Of a DNA stretch of 64,000 nucleotides, positions 26,596-37,600 are shown one piece after another (position 1 is the first letter of the stretch; each line of letters opens with the position of its first letter). The notes under the pieces are model-generated. The model had not been told where the DNA came from, ran no database searches, and worked only from the letters and a program-made list of their open reading frames with translations. Origin of the DNA: a virus; IMG/VR virus record IMGVR_UViG_3300030110_005581, one strand, 5' to 3'. Position numbers and translations under genes: made by a program.

Positions 26596-29500
26596 TTATA
26601 AATCAAAATCTCCGCCGGGAATACCGTCTGGAACGCCAGCACTAAAGTTTCCGCCGGATGTGTCCTCTGGGTCGAAAAACCCAGCAGGAGCAACTGGAGA
26701 TGCTACTGGTCCAACATCTTCCATCTGAAGCCCTGGTGAGCCGGCTGCAATGGTGTTATCAGGGAATCCGGTAACATATGCATTTCCAGCAAAATTTTCT
26801 ACTTGGTGTTGCGTGGTTAAAAGAAAGTGCTCATCATACAAAGGCATATCCAATGCATCATATGCCTTTGTATTGAACATGTCATACCTTCTCTTGACCA
26901 ATCGGCACAACAAATGAATGCTAGAGCCTTTGGCCGTTGCCTGATCTACTGCAATATTAATAGCATTTAATTTTGAAACTGTAAGCGGCTCCCATATGGG
27001 CGCGCCAAGAGCGGCATTAAAAACCTCTTCATATCTTTTTTCACCAGGATTACCGTTTGACACTGGCTTTGGAGCATTCTTAACTCCCTCGTAGCCGGCC
27101 AAATATTGAACCTCCACAACGTTCATATGATTAAACCAAAATTGACCAAACCTATCTATTTTTAGATCTTGATTTTGAATCTCTTCGCTAGATGGTAATA
27201 TTCCTTGAGGCTTTTCGTAAAGCTGTGGATTGCCGCCATGCAAATAATAACGAAAATCAGGATTAATTTTATTTTCTGCTCCGGGAGAAACAAAGTTTTC
27301 TAAAGCCACCCTACTTTCAAGATTGAGATTCGCAATCAAGGCCAATGCTTGATAGGGCAATTGTTGAAGAGCGGCGGCAGTGGCGGCGAGAGCTATCGAG
27401 TGGTTTGCTGCTGCTCCCTGTGGCATGCCATAAAACATGTTGTTGTAAATAGCGTTGACGTGTTTATACAAAGTGCTCTTTACAAGCATTGGATCAAAAG
27501 AGCCGAGCTTTGCATCAAGAACTGTTGGGGCAATAAAAGTACCATTAATTAAGGCAAGAAGAAGTTTTTCTTGCCCATAATTTTCAGCCCATGGCACCTG
27601 CATTGTTTTTATTATCTGGTCTGATGGCATTGTATTTTCTAGATTCTCAAATGCAACTTCGGGGGGGAGTGGGCTATTTTCTAGCGAATCCCATGAAAAT
27701 TGATCGTTTGGTGCTCCGGGGATGTCACCAATAATTTTCTTCTTACTAGCGGCGGGGTCTGCTATTGTATGTGGGCTTATAATAGACGCTTGAGGAAAAT
27801 AAACACCCTTGTATGCTAGAGTTTGATATTCTTTAAGAATTCTTTCCATCTGAGGGCCAATGCCCGTGTTACCATCAATTACATCATTTGGGCCGTACCC
27901 TAATGAGTGATTGTTTCCTGTGTCTCCATATAGATCGAGCTTATATCGAAGAATGTTATTTACAACCATCCAGTATTCATTTTCATCATTGTTTTGATGA
28001 TCTACAATGTAACTTGGCAAATGAGTTGCACCATTTGGAACTTTGAGGTGCATTCCAATCTGAGGCATAAGATTTAAGTTTAGCTGCTGATCTGATTGTG
28101 GGCCATTATAGGCTGGGATCTTAACAGGCATAACCAGAGGGCCATTATTAAAATTTGGAAAATACTGATTAAACTCGTTTAAACTTCTGGCAATGTAATT
28201 GCTTGATAATATTGCCTTAAGTCCAATTTCTGCAGTTGTTTGATTCGGGAGAGGAGACTTTATGGTCCCTGCCAAATATTCATACCCAGCATCAACATGA
28301 GTGGTGGTAACTAACTCTGTTGGCTTTTTAAATACATGCTCTACTTTAATTGCTCTGATCTCGCCCCCAGTGACAACCTGCCCGCCCAACGATTTTTCAA
28401 TTGGATAGTAGGAGCCCCATGTTTTTGGTATGGGTGCGGTTGAATAAGAATCAATCACCGACTTCATTTTATCAGCCACTAAAATAAGAATTTCACTGAA
28501 TGTGTTAAAAGATTCAGGAGTACCGTTTGTTATCGACAAAAGCGATGTTAAATTGCTAATATTTGTAGCCGGCTTATTTTGAGCCAACATGGCAAAGTTC
28601 ATGACTGCCATAGCTGCATCAGATATAATATCGCTGGACACTAAATCATCCCAAAAACACGCCTTAAAGATTTGAATTGCAAAATTGCTAAACTGCCCAG
28701 TCTGAGAATTAAAAAATTGTTCTTGAGCGAGGGGCGTCGTCGCATACTGTCCGTTCACAAAAGTGAGCATAGGTTTTATTTTATTGATGGCAAAATTAAC
28801 TTTAGCGTAAGAATTGATAAAATAATTTAAAGTAGGGTCTTCTATCTCTACTTCCATTGAATACTTGAATGCCCCCCTACTAATGCTTTTTATGTCATAA
28901 TCTGTAAAAGTATAATAAGAGACGTGAGAAGAGTTGGCAGATCCTTTAAGAATTGAATCTTCTAATATTACTGGTGATAGTGCAGACTTTGCTTCAGGAT
29001 TGTATTCTACAACAAACTCTTCCCCCTCTTGAATATCCGCGTTGCCCATTTGGCCTGTATAAAAAATGTTTGGATAGCCGTCATATATTAATTTTCTTCC
29101 TGTATTGTTTATGGGATCATTGGATGCCGGCACATCTACTCTTTGCCTATAAATCTTTAAAGATTTTATAATCGGCACTCCATTTTGAGCTAAAAATTCA
29201 GTTGCTTTTGCCCCACCATTTATGTTTGACATTTTGTCTAGAAGGGCTGGTATTGCACAATTCTTTTTAACTATCTTGCCCCAGTCGATTGAAAACAACA
29301 GTTTAGCTTGGCGCTTCGTGTTCACTGAAGTTATTAAATCCCCAAAACAAGATAAATTACTAAAGTCGGCTGCAGCGACTTGGTGAAGTTGATTGTTTAC
29401 ATAATTGCCACCAAAGACAATACTTTTCTGCTGTTCAAAATTAAATATTTGTTTTTTTATTTCTGCAACTTGTCTAAAATCCTGGACGCTATTATTGTCA

Positions 29501-30501
29501 ATCATGACATAATCTAAGTAAGGATGATCTTGGCCGCTTACATGTACATTGCCTGCCATAAACCTATCGCCGTGCTTGTGCACGCCTCCCATCCAGAGGG
29601 TGCCCATTATTTTATCAAATTTGTCATTATCTTGATCGGTGGAAATAAAAAAGACCATACCTTGCTTTGGCACTGCTGAGTCCTTAATGATAACAGAACT
29701 AGCAACTCTACCATAGTCGTCTTCTGTGTGGAAAAAATCTTCTCCTGTTGCATCCTCTAACTCATCCACAACGGAACTCATGTCTAATTTACACATTGCA
29801 ATTGCTGCCAAATCAGAAGGAAATGCGGTGCCAGGTATTTCTTGCTTAATTTGAATTGGGATTTTATATATCACTCTCCCACCCGGCAAAACGTGCTTAT
29901 ATTTTTCTTTAATAAAATCTCTTTTATTTTGAAGCCCAAGGTGTGCTGGTGCTGAAGTGTTTCCGGAGCTTTCGATAATATTATCTAAAGCTTGTGAGGT
30001 AAACTTAAAGTCCTCGCCGCTAAGGAGCTGAGTATTACTATAAAATGGCCACTCAGGATCTCCGGACAGAGTTTTCTTTGTGTCCAAATGCGACAGTAGT
30101 TCGCCGGCCGAGATTCCGGGGAAGTTGGATAGATTTTTTTTCGAAATAAAATGTTGATAGGCGGCTTTGCCTTTTTCATTCTTAAATGTTATAATGTGCA
30201 CTTTTAAGAATTTAAAAATATCATCAACAAAATCTCCTATCTCATCAAAAAGGTCTTGTGTTTCTAAAAGCAAATTATATGTGACAATAAGCTTGTTCGC
30301 TTGTGTGAAATCGTCCTCTGTAGGGCTGCCTGTATAGCCACCCGTACCAGAAGCTCTCTTGTCGATGTGGGCATCAATTGCCGCTTCTCTGTTTGCAGCG
30401 ATTTTATTTAGAGCCCCAGAGGCCCCCTCTAAAGTTATTTTATTAATATAAACACTCGGCAAAAAAGAAGTTACCAAGCCATTTAAGTTGAAGCTAGCCA
30501 T
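26596..30501 (-). CDS. Large hypothetical structural protein, 1301 aa
   Basis: Long uninterrupted ORF, TGATG-coupled to the upstream gene, within the baseplate block. No family recognised. Confidence 0.7.
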   Translation of the reverse strand: MASFNLNGLVTSFLPSVYINKITLEGASGALNKIAANREAAIDAHIDKRASGTGGYTGSPTEDDFTQANKLIVTYNLLLETQDLFDEIGDFVDDIFKFLKVHIITFKNEKGKAAYQHFISKKNLSNFPGISAGELLSHLDTKKTLSGDPEWPFYSNTQLLSGEDFKFTSQALDNIIESSGNTSAPAHLGLQNKRDFIKEKYKHVLPGGRVIYKIPIQIKQEIPGTAFPSDLAAIAMCKLDMSSVVDELEDATGEDFFHTEDDYGRVASSVIIKDSAVPKQGMVFFISTDQDNDKFDKIMGTLWMGGVHKHGDRFMAGNVHVSGQDHPYLDYVMIDNNSVQDFRQVAEIKKQIFNFEQQKSIVFGGNYVNNQLHQVAAADFSNLSCFGDLITSVNTKRQAKLLFSIDWGKIVKKNCAIPALLDKMSNINGGAKATEFLAQNGVPIIKSLKIYRQRVDVPASNDPINNTGRKLIYDGYPNIFYTGQMGNADIQEGEEFVVEYNPEAKSALSPVILEDSILKGSANSSHVSYYTFTDYDIKSISRGAFKYSMEVEIEDPTLNYFINSYAKVNFAINKIKPMLTFVNGQYATTPLAQEQFFNSQTGQFSNFAIQIFKACFWDDLVSSDIISDAAMAVMNFAMLAQNKPATNISNLTSLLSITNGTPESFNTFSEILILVADKMKSVIDSYSTAPIPKTWGSYYPIEKSLGGQVVTGGEIRAIKVEHVFKKPTELVTTTHVDAGYEYLAGTIKSPLPNQTTAEIGLKAILSSNYIARSLNEFNQYFPNFNNGPLVMPVKIPAYNGPQSDQQLNLNLMPQIGMHLKVPNGATHLPSYIVDHQNNDENEYWMVVNNILRYKLDLYGDTGNNHSLGYGPNDVIDGNTGIGPQMERILKEYQTLAYKGVYFPQASIISPHTIADPAASKKKIIGDIPGAPNDQFSWDSLENSPLPPEVAFENLENTMPSDQIIKTMQVPWAENYGQEKLLLALINGTFIAPTVLDAKLGSFDPMLVKSTLYKHVNAIYNNMFYGMPQGAAANHSIALAATAAALQQLPYQALALIANLNLESRVALENFVSPGAENKINPDFRYYLHGGNPQLYEKPQGILPSSEEIQNQDLKIDRFGQFWFNHMNVVEVQYLAGYEGVKNAPKPVSNGNPGEKRYEEVFNAALGAPIWEPLTVSKLNAINIAVDQATAKGSSIHLLCRLVKRRYDMFNTKAYDALDMPLYDEHFLLTTQHQVENFAGNAYVTGFPDNTIAAGSPGLQMEDVGPVASPVAPAGFFDPEDTSGGNFSAGVPDGIPGGDFDL

Positions 30502-31577
30502 CAGTCACACACGTCCCCTATATCTTCTATGTTTTGATTCTCTTCTGTGCCATATATATTGGGCGCAATATAATCTCCCTCATCTAGATCACTACAATGG
30601 AATATGTGATCTGTATAAATATTCTTAATTTTTTCTTGGCCATTTTGAAGACTGCAGAACTCCTCTTCATCAATATCAAAATCAAAATCAATGTCAAGAT
30701 AATATTCAACATGCTTTGGCGTAACTACACCATCTTCACCTACAAAATACAATCTCTCTAGAGTATCAGCATTCGCCCCGTTTGCCTTCGAAGATACCAT
30801 AAAAACTTCCACATCAAAATTTTCTTTTTTAAAATCAGTGTTTTCTTCTTCAATCTTTAAAAGTGCAAAATCATCATGAATGACAATATACGAGTCATCC
30901 ATTAATTTGTATGGGACATTAATGCCGTACTCTAAGTGGTGGGCATATAAAGGAATGTTTTCATATAAAACTTCTGGAATTTCATCTGAATCTTTGTATT
31001 TTGGATTTGGTGCATAAAAATGCGCCTCATACTGCACATCGCACTCTAGTTGAGGAATAAAAGTTGTAGGCACAGTAGTTGATCCGGTCTGTAAAGCATT
31101 TACAGATCCAGTCCATGCGTAATCAGCAGAAACTAGCTTGGCTTTATAAAATCCGACATTCCAAGCGGCTATATTGTTCGAATTGTATGCGGAGGTTCCA
31201 ATTGGATTTGCATAAATATGAGTACTGTCTGCAGTCTCAAGGAGAAAATCGCCGGCTTCTTTTTCGGAGGCGGCCACAACACCAGGCATTAAATTATTGA
31301 CAAATGCTGCGTCTTCAGAAAAAACACCAACCTCGGCGGGGCGATAAATGCTTTGAGGCTTTAATCTAGGAGTGTTTTCTTGAATCCTGCCTTCTATGTC
31401 ATTCTGAAGCTCTTTTGTTGTCGCAGAAGACGAATTTACATATTGCCTATCATATATAATATCATCATCAAAGAACGCATATTCATAAGGCTTAAGCTTT
31501 CCAAGTGAAAGCAAATATCTACCATAGGAAGTTAATTCTAGATTTAAGGTTTCTTCTTTTGGGTCAGCGTATGTCAT
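30501..31577 (-). CDS. Baseplate/tail-associated structural protein, N-terminal paralog of 21513..22505
   Basis: LTSYGRYLLSLGKLKPYEYAFFDDDIIYD aligns by eye with LTDAGRKRLAEG...KYAFGDDEIDY. Confidence 0.65.
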   Translation of the reverse strand: MTYADPKEETLNLELTSYGRYLLSLGKLKPYEYAFFDDDIIYDRQYVNSSSATTKELQNDIEGRIQENTPRLKPQSIYRPAEVGVFSEDAAFVNNLMPGVVAASEKEAGDFLLETADSTHIYANPIGTSAYNSNNIAAWNVGFYKAKLVSADYAWTGSVNALQTGSTTVPTTFIPQLECDVQYEAHFYAPNPKYKDSDEIPEVLYENIPLYAHHLEYGINVPYKLMDDSYIVIHDDFALLKIEEENTDFKKENFDVEVFMVSSKANGANADTLERLYFVGEDGVVTPKHVEYYLDIDFDFDIDEEEFCSLQNGQEKIKNIYTDHIFHCSDLDEGDYIAPNIYGTEENQNIEDIGDVCD

Positions 31578-31593
31578 TTTTTATCTCTTTAAT

Positions 31594-31600
31594 TAAATAG
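31594..31600 (-). promoter_or_regulatory. Candidate late promoter CTATTTA
   Basis: Intergenic, 17 nt upstream of the ATG at 31577. Confidence 0.45.
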
Positions 31601-31637
31601 ATATGTTATTGATTTGTTTAGTTTATTAAAAATTTGC

Positions 31638-34600
31638 CTATGGCGTATTATTTGGCACCGTATTATCAACAGGAGAGTCTTGTGATACTGGGCCGGTAAC
31701 TTCAATAGTTTGCGAAGTTTGGTCTATAAGCTGAAGTGTGACAAACTGCTCAGAATTAAGACTCGTTTGTTTTTTAAACACTTCTGCGCCAAAACCTAAC
31801 TCTTTCTTATCAAACACTGAAGGGTCGGTCTGCGTTATTGAATTAGAGACTGGAGGAATAATCCACACTGGTGAAGTGAAAGGTAATATATTTAACATGT
31901 CAATTATTGTAGGCAATGTATCTGGCACTTTCTGACGCGGAGTCATGGAAACTGTTTCATTAATCTTTGCCAACTCAATCAATGAAAAGAAGTCGTATGG
32001 CCAGTTATAATTGTAATTTATAGGCTCGGAAGATGGCGGCTTTGGCCCAGGGCCTTGCCCAGGGGGTGGAGTTGGTGGGTTGTTGCCAACAACAATATCA
32101 TCATAAGACCAAGCTGCTTTTTGTTTTACTTTGAAGACCATCCATTGTATGTTTTTTGGAAACAGCATGCTCTCTCCAGGAATATCATTTAACAAGTCAA
32201 ACCCTTTGCTTTGCTCTAACATATCTTCCATAGATTCGTTAAATTCTGGCTGTGTGGTATCGAACGGGGAGCCCGATTGAAGATTAATTCCAATATCAAT
32301 TTCTGCTGCCGCTGCTTGAATTCCGCTGGCTGCATCTGTTCTTGGCTCCGAGGGTAGGACTCCTTGCCACATTTTTACCAAATCATCTTGTGTAAAATGA
32401 TGCTCAAATTCAAATATGACCATTGCCATTGGAGCTTGATTTTTGTTTTGAATAAAATCAAAACTAGGCGGAATAACAAACTTGTCCATTGACTGAACCA
32501 TACTAACTACTGATGGGGCGGGCTTATATTTTATGGCGTTTTCAACACCCGCTAATTTATTAGTCAAATAATCAATATCCTTAATCTCAGGATTTGATAG
32601 TTTTATTTGAGCCCAGTCAATTGTTTTTCTGTCTATGTGGAAGAAGTTTCTAGAGCCCTGAGCGTCTTCATAGAAAGGCACAGCCACAACAGCTTCGCTT
32701 ACAGTTTTTCCACCAGAAGGTATTTGACCGATCTTTCTAGTCGGATCTTCATCAAAGCCTAGCAGTTCTGCCAAGTCTCCAACTGTATCTGGATCATCAG
32801 TTGCATCTCCTGGCTGAATTTCCAAGAATAAACCACTGGTGTTGGAAGGGATTGTTCCATATTGGTGCCACATTCCCTTCGCAGTCGCAAAGTCTCTATT
32901 ATCAGCCATGCCTTCTACGATCGCGTCTGGGGTTGTAAAATCTAATACTGGGCACTCCCACTTAGGTTGAATAACCCATCGTGATTTGCCTGAGCCGGCG
33001 GATACGACTTTATTCCAATTTATAGACTCACTCAGTTGCATTGCGCTGGCTGCAGCTGCATTAAGGCCACCGTTGGGGCTGAAGCCGGAGGCAGTCAAAG
33101 CTTGCGCGGTTATCATCTCTCTGTGATATGAGGCGGTTATTCCAGAAATAATATCTGTTATGGTGTGGTTGCCATCATATTTCGCTTTGTAAGAAAGTTC
33201 AATATGGCTATATCCATTGTAATATGGCGGAGTGTAGGCTTCAAAACTTGATGTAGGGACTCCAGTGAAGCCGGAGCCATTCACGTAACTTGTAAAGCCG
33301 CCGGCGTACATTGGTGGCCCAAACGAGGATCCATAAATAGGAACATAAGATGTTGGATAGCTTGCAGCGACATTGTGTACTCGTGCGAACCACGGGATCA
33401 AACCGTAAGAAGAGTCCAGGCCGTAGTAGTCTGTTTGAGAAGTGCGATCCCACGCCCTGTTATACATCATTATTGTGGGCTCGTTATATATATAGGAGGC
33501 TCTGTTTGCGGCGCGTGCAGCTCCAGCAGTAGTGGTTGTGTCAAGAAGTGTAGATAAGTTTTTAATTTTTGAATGCGAACATACAATCCTCATCTTGTAG
33601 GTTTTATCCGCCTTCATCGGAATATAATCCCCAGTGTTGTCATTGGGGTCTGTGCCAAAACCAGTACCCTCCAACGTCTCTTTAGATGCAAAAGTCGTCA
33701 TTGGGCCATAAGGCGAATTATTGTTTCCGGCGGTACCGCCCAAGAAAAAGCGAGGGACTTCTGCAACGAAATTATTCATTGCGCGTCGATATAGGTCGTT
33801 TGCTGGCTCTTCAAAACTACCTGTGCTGTTAATCGAAGCTGAATGGTGGCAGTCGCTATCGACAATTTTCTGAAGGCTACTTAACCAATAATCAGGATTT
33901 ACAAGAGCTTCAAATGGCACACGATCTGTGGAGGGTGCCGTATTGACAGCCATGTAAAGTTCAGCTCCTTCAGGATTAAAATAGTCTGTAGTCGGCCCTT
34001 TGTAGATAGGGTAGTCTACAGCTAAGCCAGATTTAATTGAATTATAAAGTATGCCGGGGGAAAAGAAGGGCATCAAAAGCGTGCGCCAATTAGCGTTAAT
34101 GCCAATCAAGCTTGCACTAGGGGCGAATGATTGGCTGAATAATGTTGCCAACTGTACGCTCCTTTCTGATGGGTAGAAGCCATCATAAGGTAAAAATTTC
34201 ATAATAGCATTACATTTCAATGTAAGGTTTGTTGGGGCAGCCACTTTTGAAAAATCACTCTCAATTGGCTGAAAATATTTCAAGAAATCAGAATTGGTAT
34301 ATGTTGTGTAAAAGGCGCCGTTTCCAGAAGTGTTATCGTTACTTCCGCTTATGACAGCTCCCGTCAAAGAAAGCCAATCGCGATTGGGGGCCAGGAAGCC
34401 GCCGTCAGATGCTTTGTCTACAACATGATATTTCATGTGCTCGCTGATTCTATATTCTGGGATAATACCGTAATCTTTACCAATTCTTTTGACATCCTCG
34501 ACATACTCTTTATAAGTGTCGTATGAAGGGTTATAGCCAGCTTGTTCTCCTGCCTCCCACTCAGTCTGGCCCCAAAAGAAAGTGCCAACTCCTGGATCCA

Positions 34601-37600
34601 AGATGGGAACTCTACGATTGTATGTGGCTGCAGGGATTGGGGCAGGCCTTTGTGCTGATAAATTGGCATGCCATATACTATAAGAATTTTGAAGCTCGCC
34701 CTCTGAGCCGGAACTATATAATTCATCGCCTGGAGTGGTTACGCGGCCGAGCATATCTGCATCCAAAGACCATATGCTCGCTGATTGCCAAAATGCTGTA
34801 TGTGCGGTTGTTTTATAGCCTTGAGAATTAGTTAATTCAAGATTTCTGTTCGAACGGCCGTCTTTCCAGTAATTGTTAATGTAATTTGCGCGCTCCCTCA
34901 CTAAAGAGAGATAAGTATAATGTTCTCTTGGGTAAATCCCTTCACTTATACGCATGTGATGGAAATCTTCAATTGGGTTTGCGTCTCCGCTAACATAAGT
35001 TGGAGTATTCCAAAGTAGGTATTTTTTCAAAGTATCGTAAGCTAAAATTTTATCATCAGCACTTTGAAGTGTTTCGCCAATTTGTCCAGCTTTAGACCAG
35101 ACAAGTTCGGAATTATTCAAGTCTATAAGATTGCTTATTTCCGGATCAGGAACATTTGTAAAGTATGCTTTTTCGTTCCCATACGATGTCTGCATATTTA
35201 TTGACGAACCGGTAACTGCATTAGGCTGGTCAGATTTATACATAAATCCGTACTGAAGTGGACTAAACTTTGATGTAATCGGAGGTTCAATTTGTGACAC
35301 AATTCCAACACTGTCGCCAACGTATTTGCCATCAACAGTAGAAGAGGATATTTTAGTGAATGTTTGAATGTTATTTTTGTAATTGTATCGCATGATAGGG
35401 CCTTGGGATGCGCGCAATTGTTTCCAGGAGGCGTTGCCGTATGGTCCTTGCCTATGTAATATTAAGCCATTAAACGCAATAGGGGTTGAAAGGCCTGCGC
35501 CTGCAAATACTTTATCAATGCCCGTGTTTGATGATGCACTTACAAGATTTTTATATGGAATGACAGGATCATAAATTATCTCATTAAGGCCCGCAAAATC
35601 CATTGGAGCCCCGCTTAGGCCACCGTGAAGTGATGGTGTCCACTCACTGGCAGACAGAAAAGTAATATCCGTAGAGGCCAAACTAGCGTTGCTGTAGTCG
35701 GGCTTCTCAAAGCCATAATATGCAGAGCCAGTATATCCATATGTAACGCTAGCTGTAATCCAAGCGTATTGTAGATCTGTTTGTGGTAGTTGATGCTGAA
35801 TAAACCAATTGTCATAAACGAACACATTACCAATATAGACGGCGCCTTCTAGTTTTTTGACGATGGCACCGTTGTTATTTATTACCATATTAGCGGAAAC
35901 CAGAGTTCCATCCAGCGATCCATATTGTGCCGGCAACGTTAAGCCTGATGTCCAACCTTCACCACCCCACCAAGCCTTTAGCCTACTGACTCTAGAATGT
36001 TTACTTAAATCCCCGGGTCCTTGGCGCTCGATTGCAGGATCAAAGCCTGTGGTACCATAATAAATTTCCTTAATCTCAGCAAGGGTACATTCCCGAGCAA
36101 AAACACTAATCTCATCTATATAACCCTCCCACGCTCTAACATCGGACATATTTTCTCCGATAAAACAGTCTGCGGCGCCGGCCAAACTCTTATAAGAGCC
36201 AACTGGAGTTTGAGTTTCTGTAATCGCTACGGAAACACCATTGACATAAATTGTGGGATTGTTTGCTACGCTTGTCCCGTCATAAGTGAGGGCAACGTGG
36301 GTCCATTCCCCAGTGCTTATGACTGAAGCGTTTGTCTGCCATACCCCCATCGTTGTTGAAAAGTCTGCAAAAAAGTTTATCTTTCCAGAATTATCAACAA
36401 AAAGGCCCACTTTCTCTGCAAAGTCGAATATGCGTGGCTGATTGTTTCCGCCGGCATGCGATAAGCTTGTTGGGTTAACCCAGGCAGAAAGAGTATATGA
36501 TTGTGTTGAGCCGGCCGCTGTACCAACAATAGCATCCCAAGTTGCTGCAGTTCCGATATTAACCCTATATGTGGTACCATTAAAATAAATAATTTTGCTA
36601 TTGTGATATTCTATCGGTGCCAATCTTGGCTTACTATTTCTATTAACTTTATGGAAAGAGCCTGTTCCATCATAGTTTTCAGCCGATACAGAACTGCTGC
36701 CGCCTATATAAATTTCTCCTGCAAGTAGATATGCAGTTTCTGTCTGATTGTCACTAAAGAATCCAAACTGGTTAGTGTGATCTGTGGACCACTCATTCAA
36801 TGGGCGTCGGACATTTAAATTTCTCCATGGCAGAGAGTTGTAAACACTGTACTCTCCAGCTGCAAGATCAAGCATTCCCTGACCCATAGTTGCTGGGGAG
36901 CCAGGCGCTGAAAAGCGATTCACAATAATAGAATCTGAGCTTCCTGTTAAATCTCGCCTTGGCATCGCAAAGTCAATAACGCCCGTAACAAAAGTCGAAG
37001 GAGCATAGGTTGAAGGCAGCGCTCCAGCCTCTGCCAAATATCTGTTATTGATAGATCGACCATTTGTCATGATCAAATCATAATTATGTGAATAATTTCC
37101 TATGTTTGTGGCATTAAGTACTTGATCTGGCCTTCCTGGGATATTTGTTGCAGAACCAGTAAACATCTTTATGTTTTCAATATTTACTGGGCGTTTTGCC
37201 ATTACACTCCTAAACATACTACCTTTTTCAAGATTGGGATTGGGCGCCATATTATTGCCATATCCCGAACCGAAGGCATATATGCTACTAGCGGAAAGCA
37301 TGATTCTCCAGCCCTCTATTCGATTTGTAACATTGTCTGGGGTGGTGTTGTGTGGTCTCAAGTTGCTATTAATGTGCCTGTATACTTTCCCTCCAACAAA
37401 CTTCTCAGTGAAAGGGCCCTGCACTGGACGGCCATACATTGGTCCATAAGTGTCTTCGTGAAGGTTGGTTAAGTCGACACCTTGCATAAAATTAGTGGCC
37501 AAGTCGTCATGGTAGCCGCCGGAGATAGATGCGCTGTAAATGTCAAAGAAGGCATATAGATCTCCCTTAGAAGTGAAATAAGAATTTTCTGCAGTGCTTA

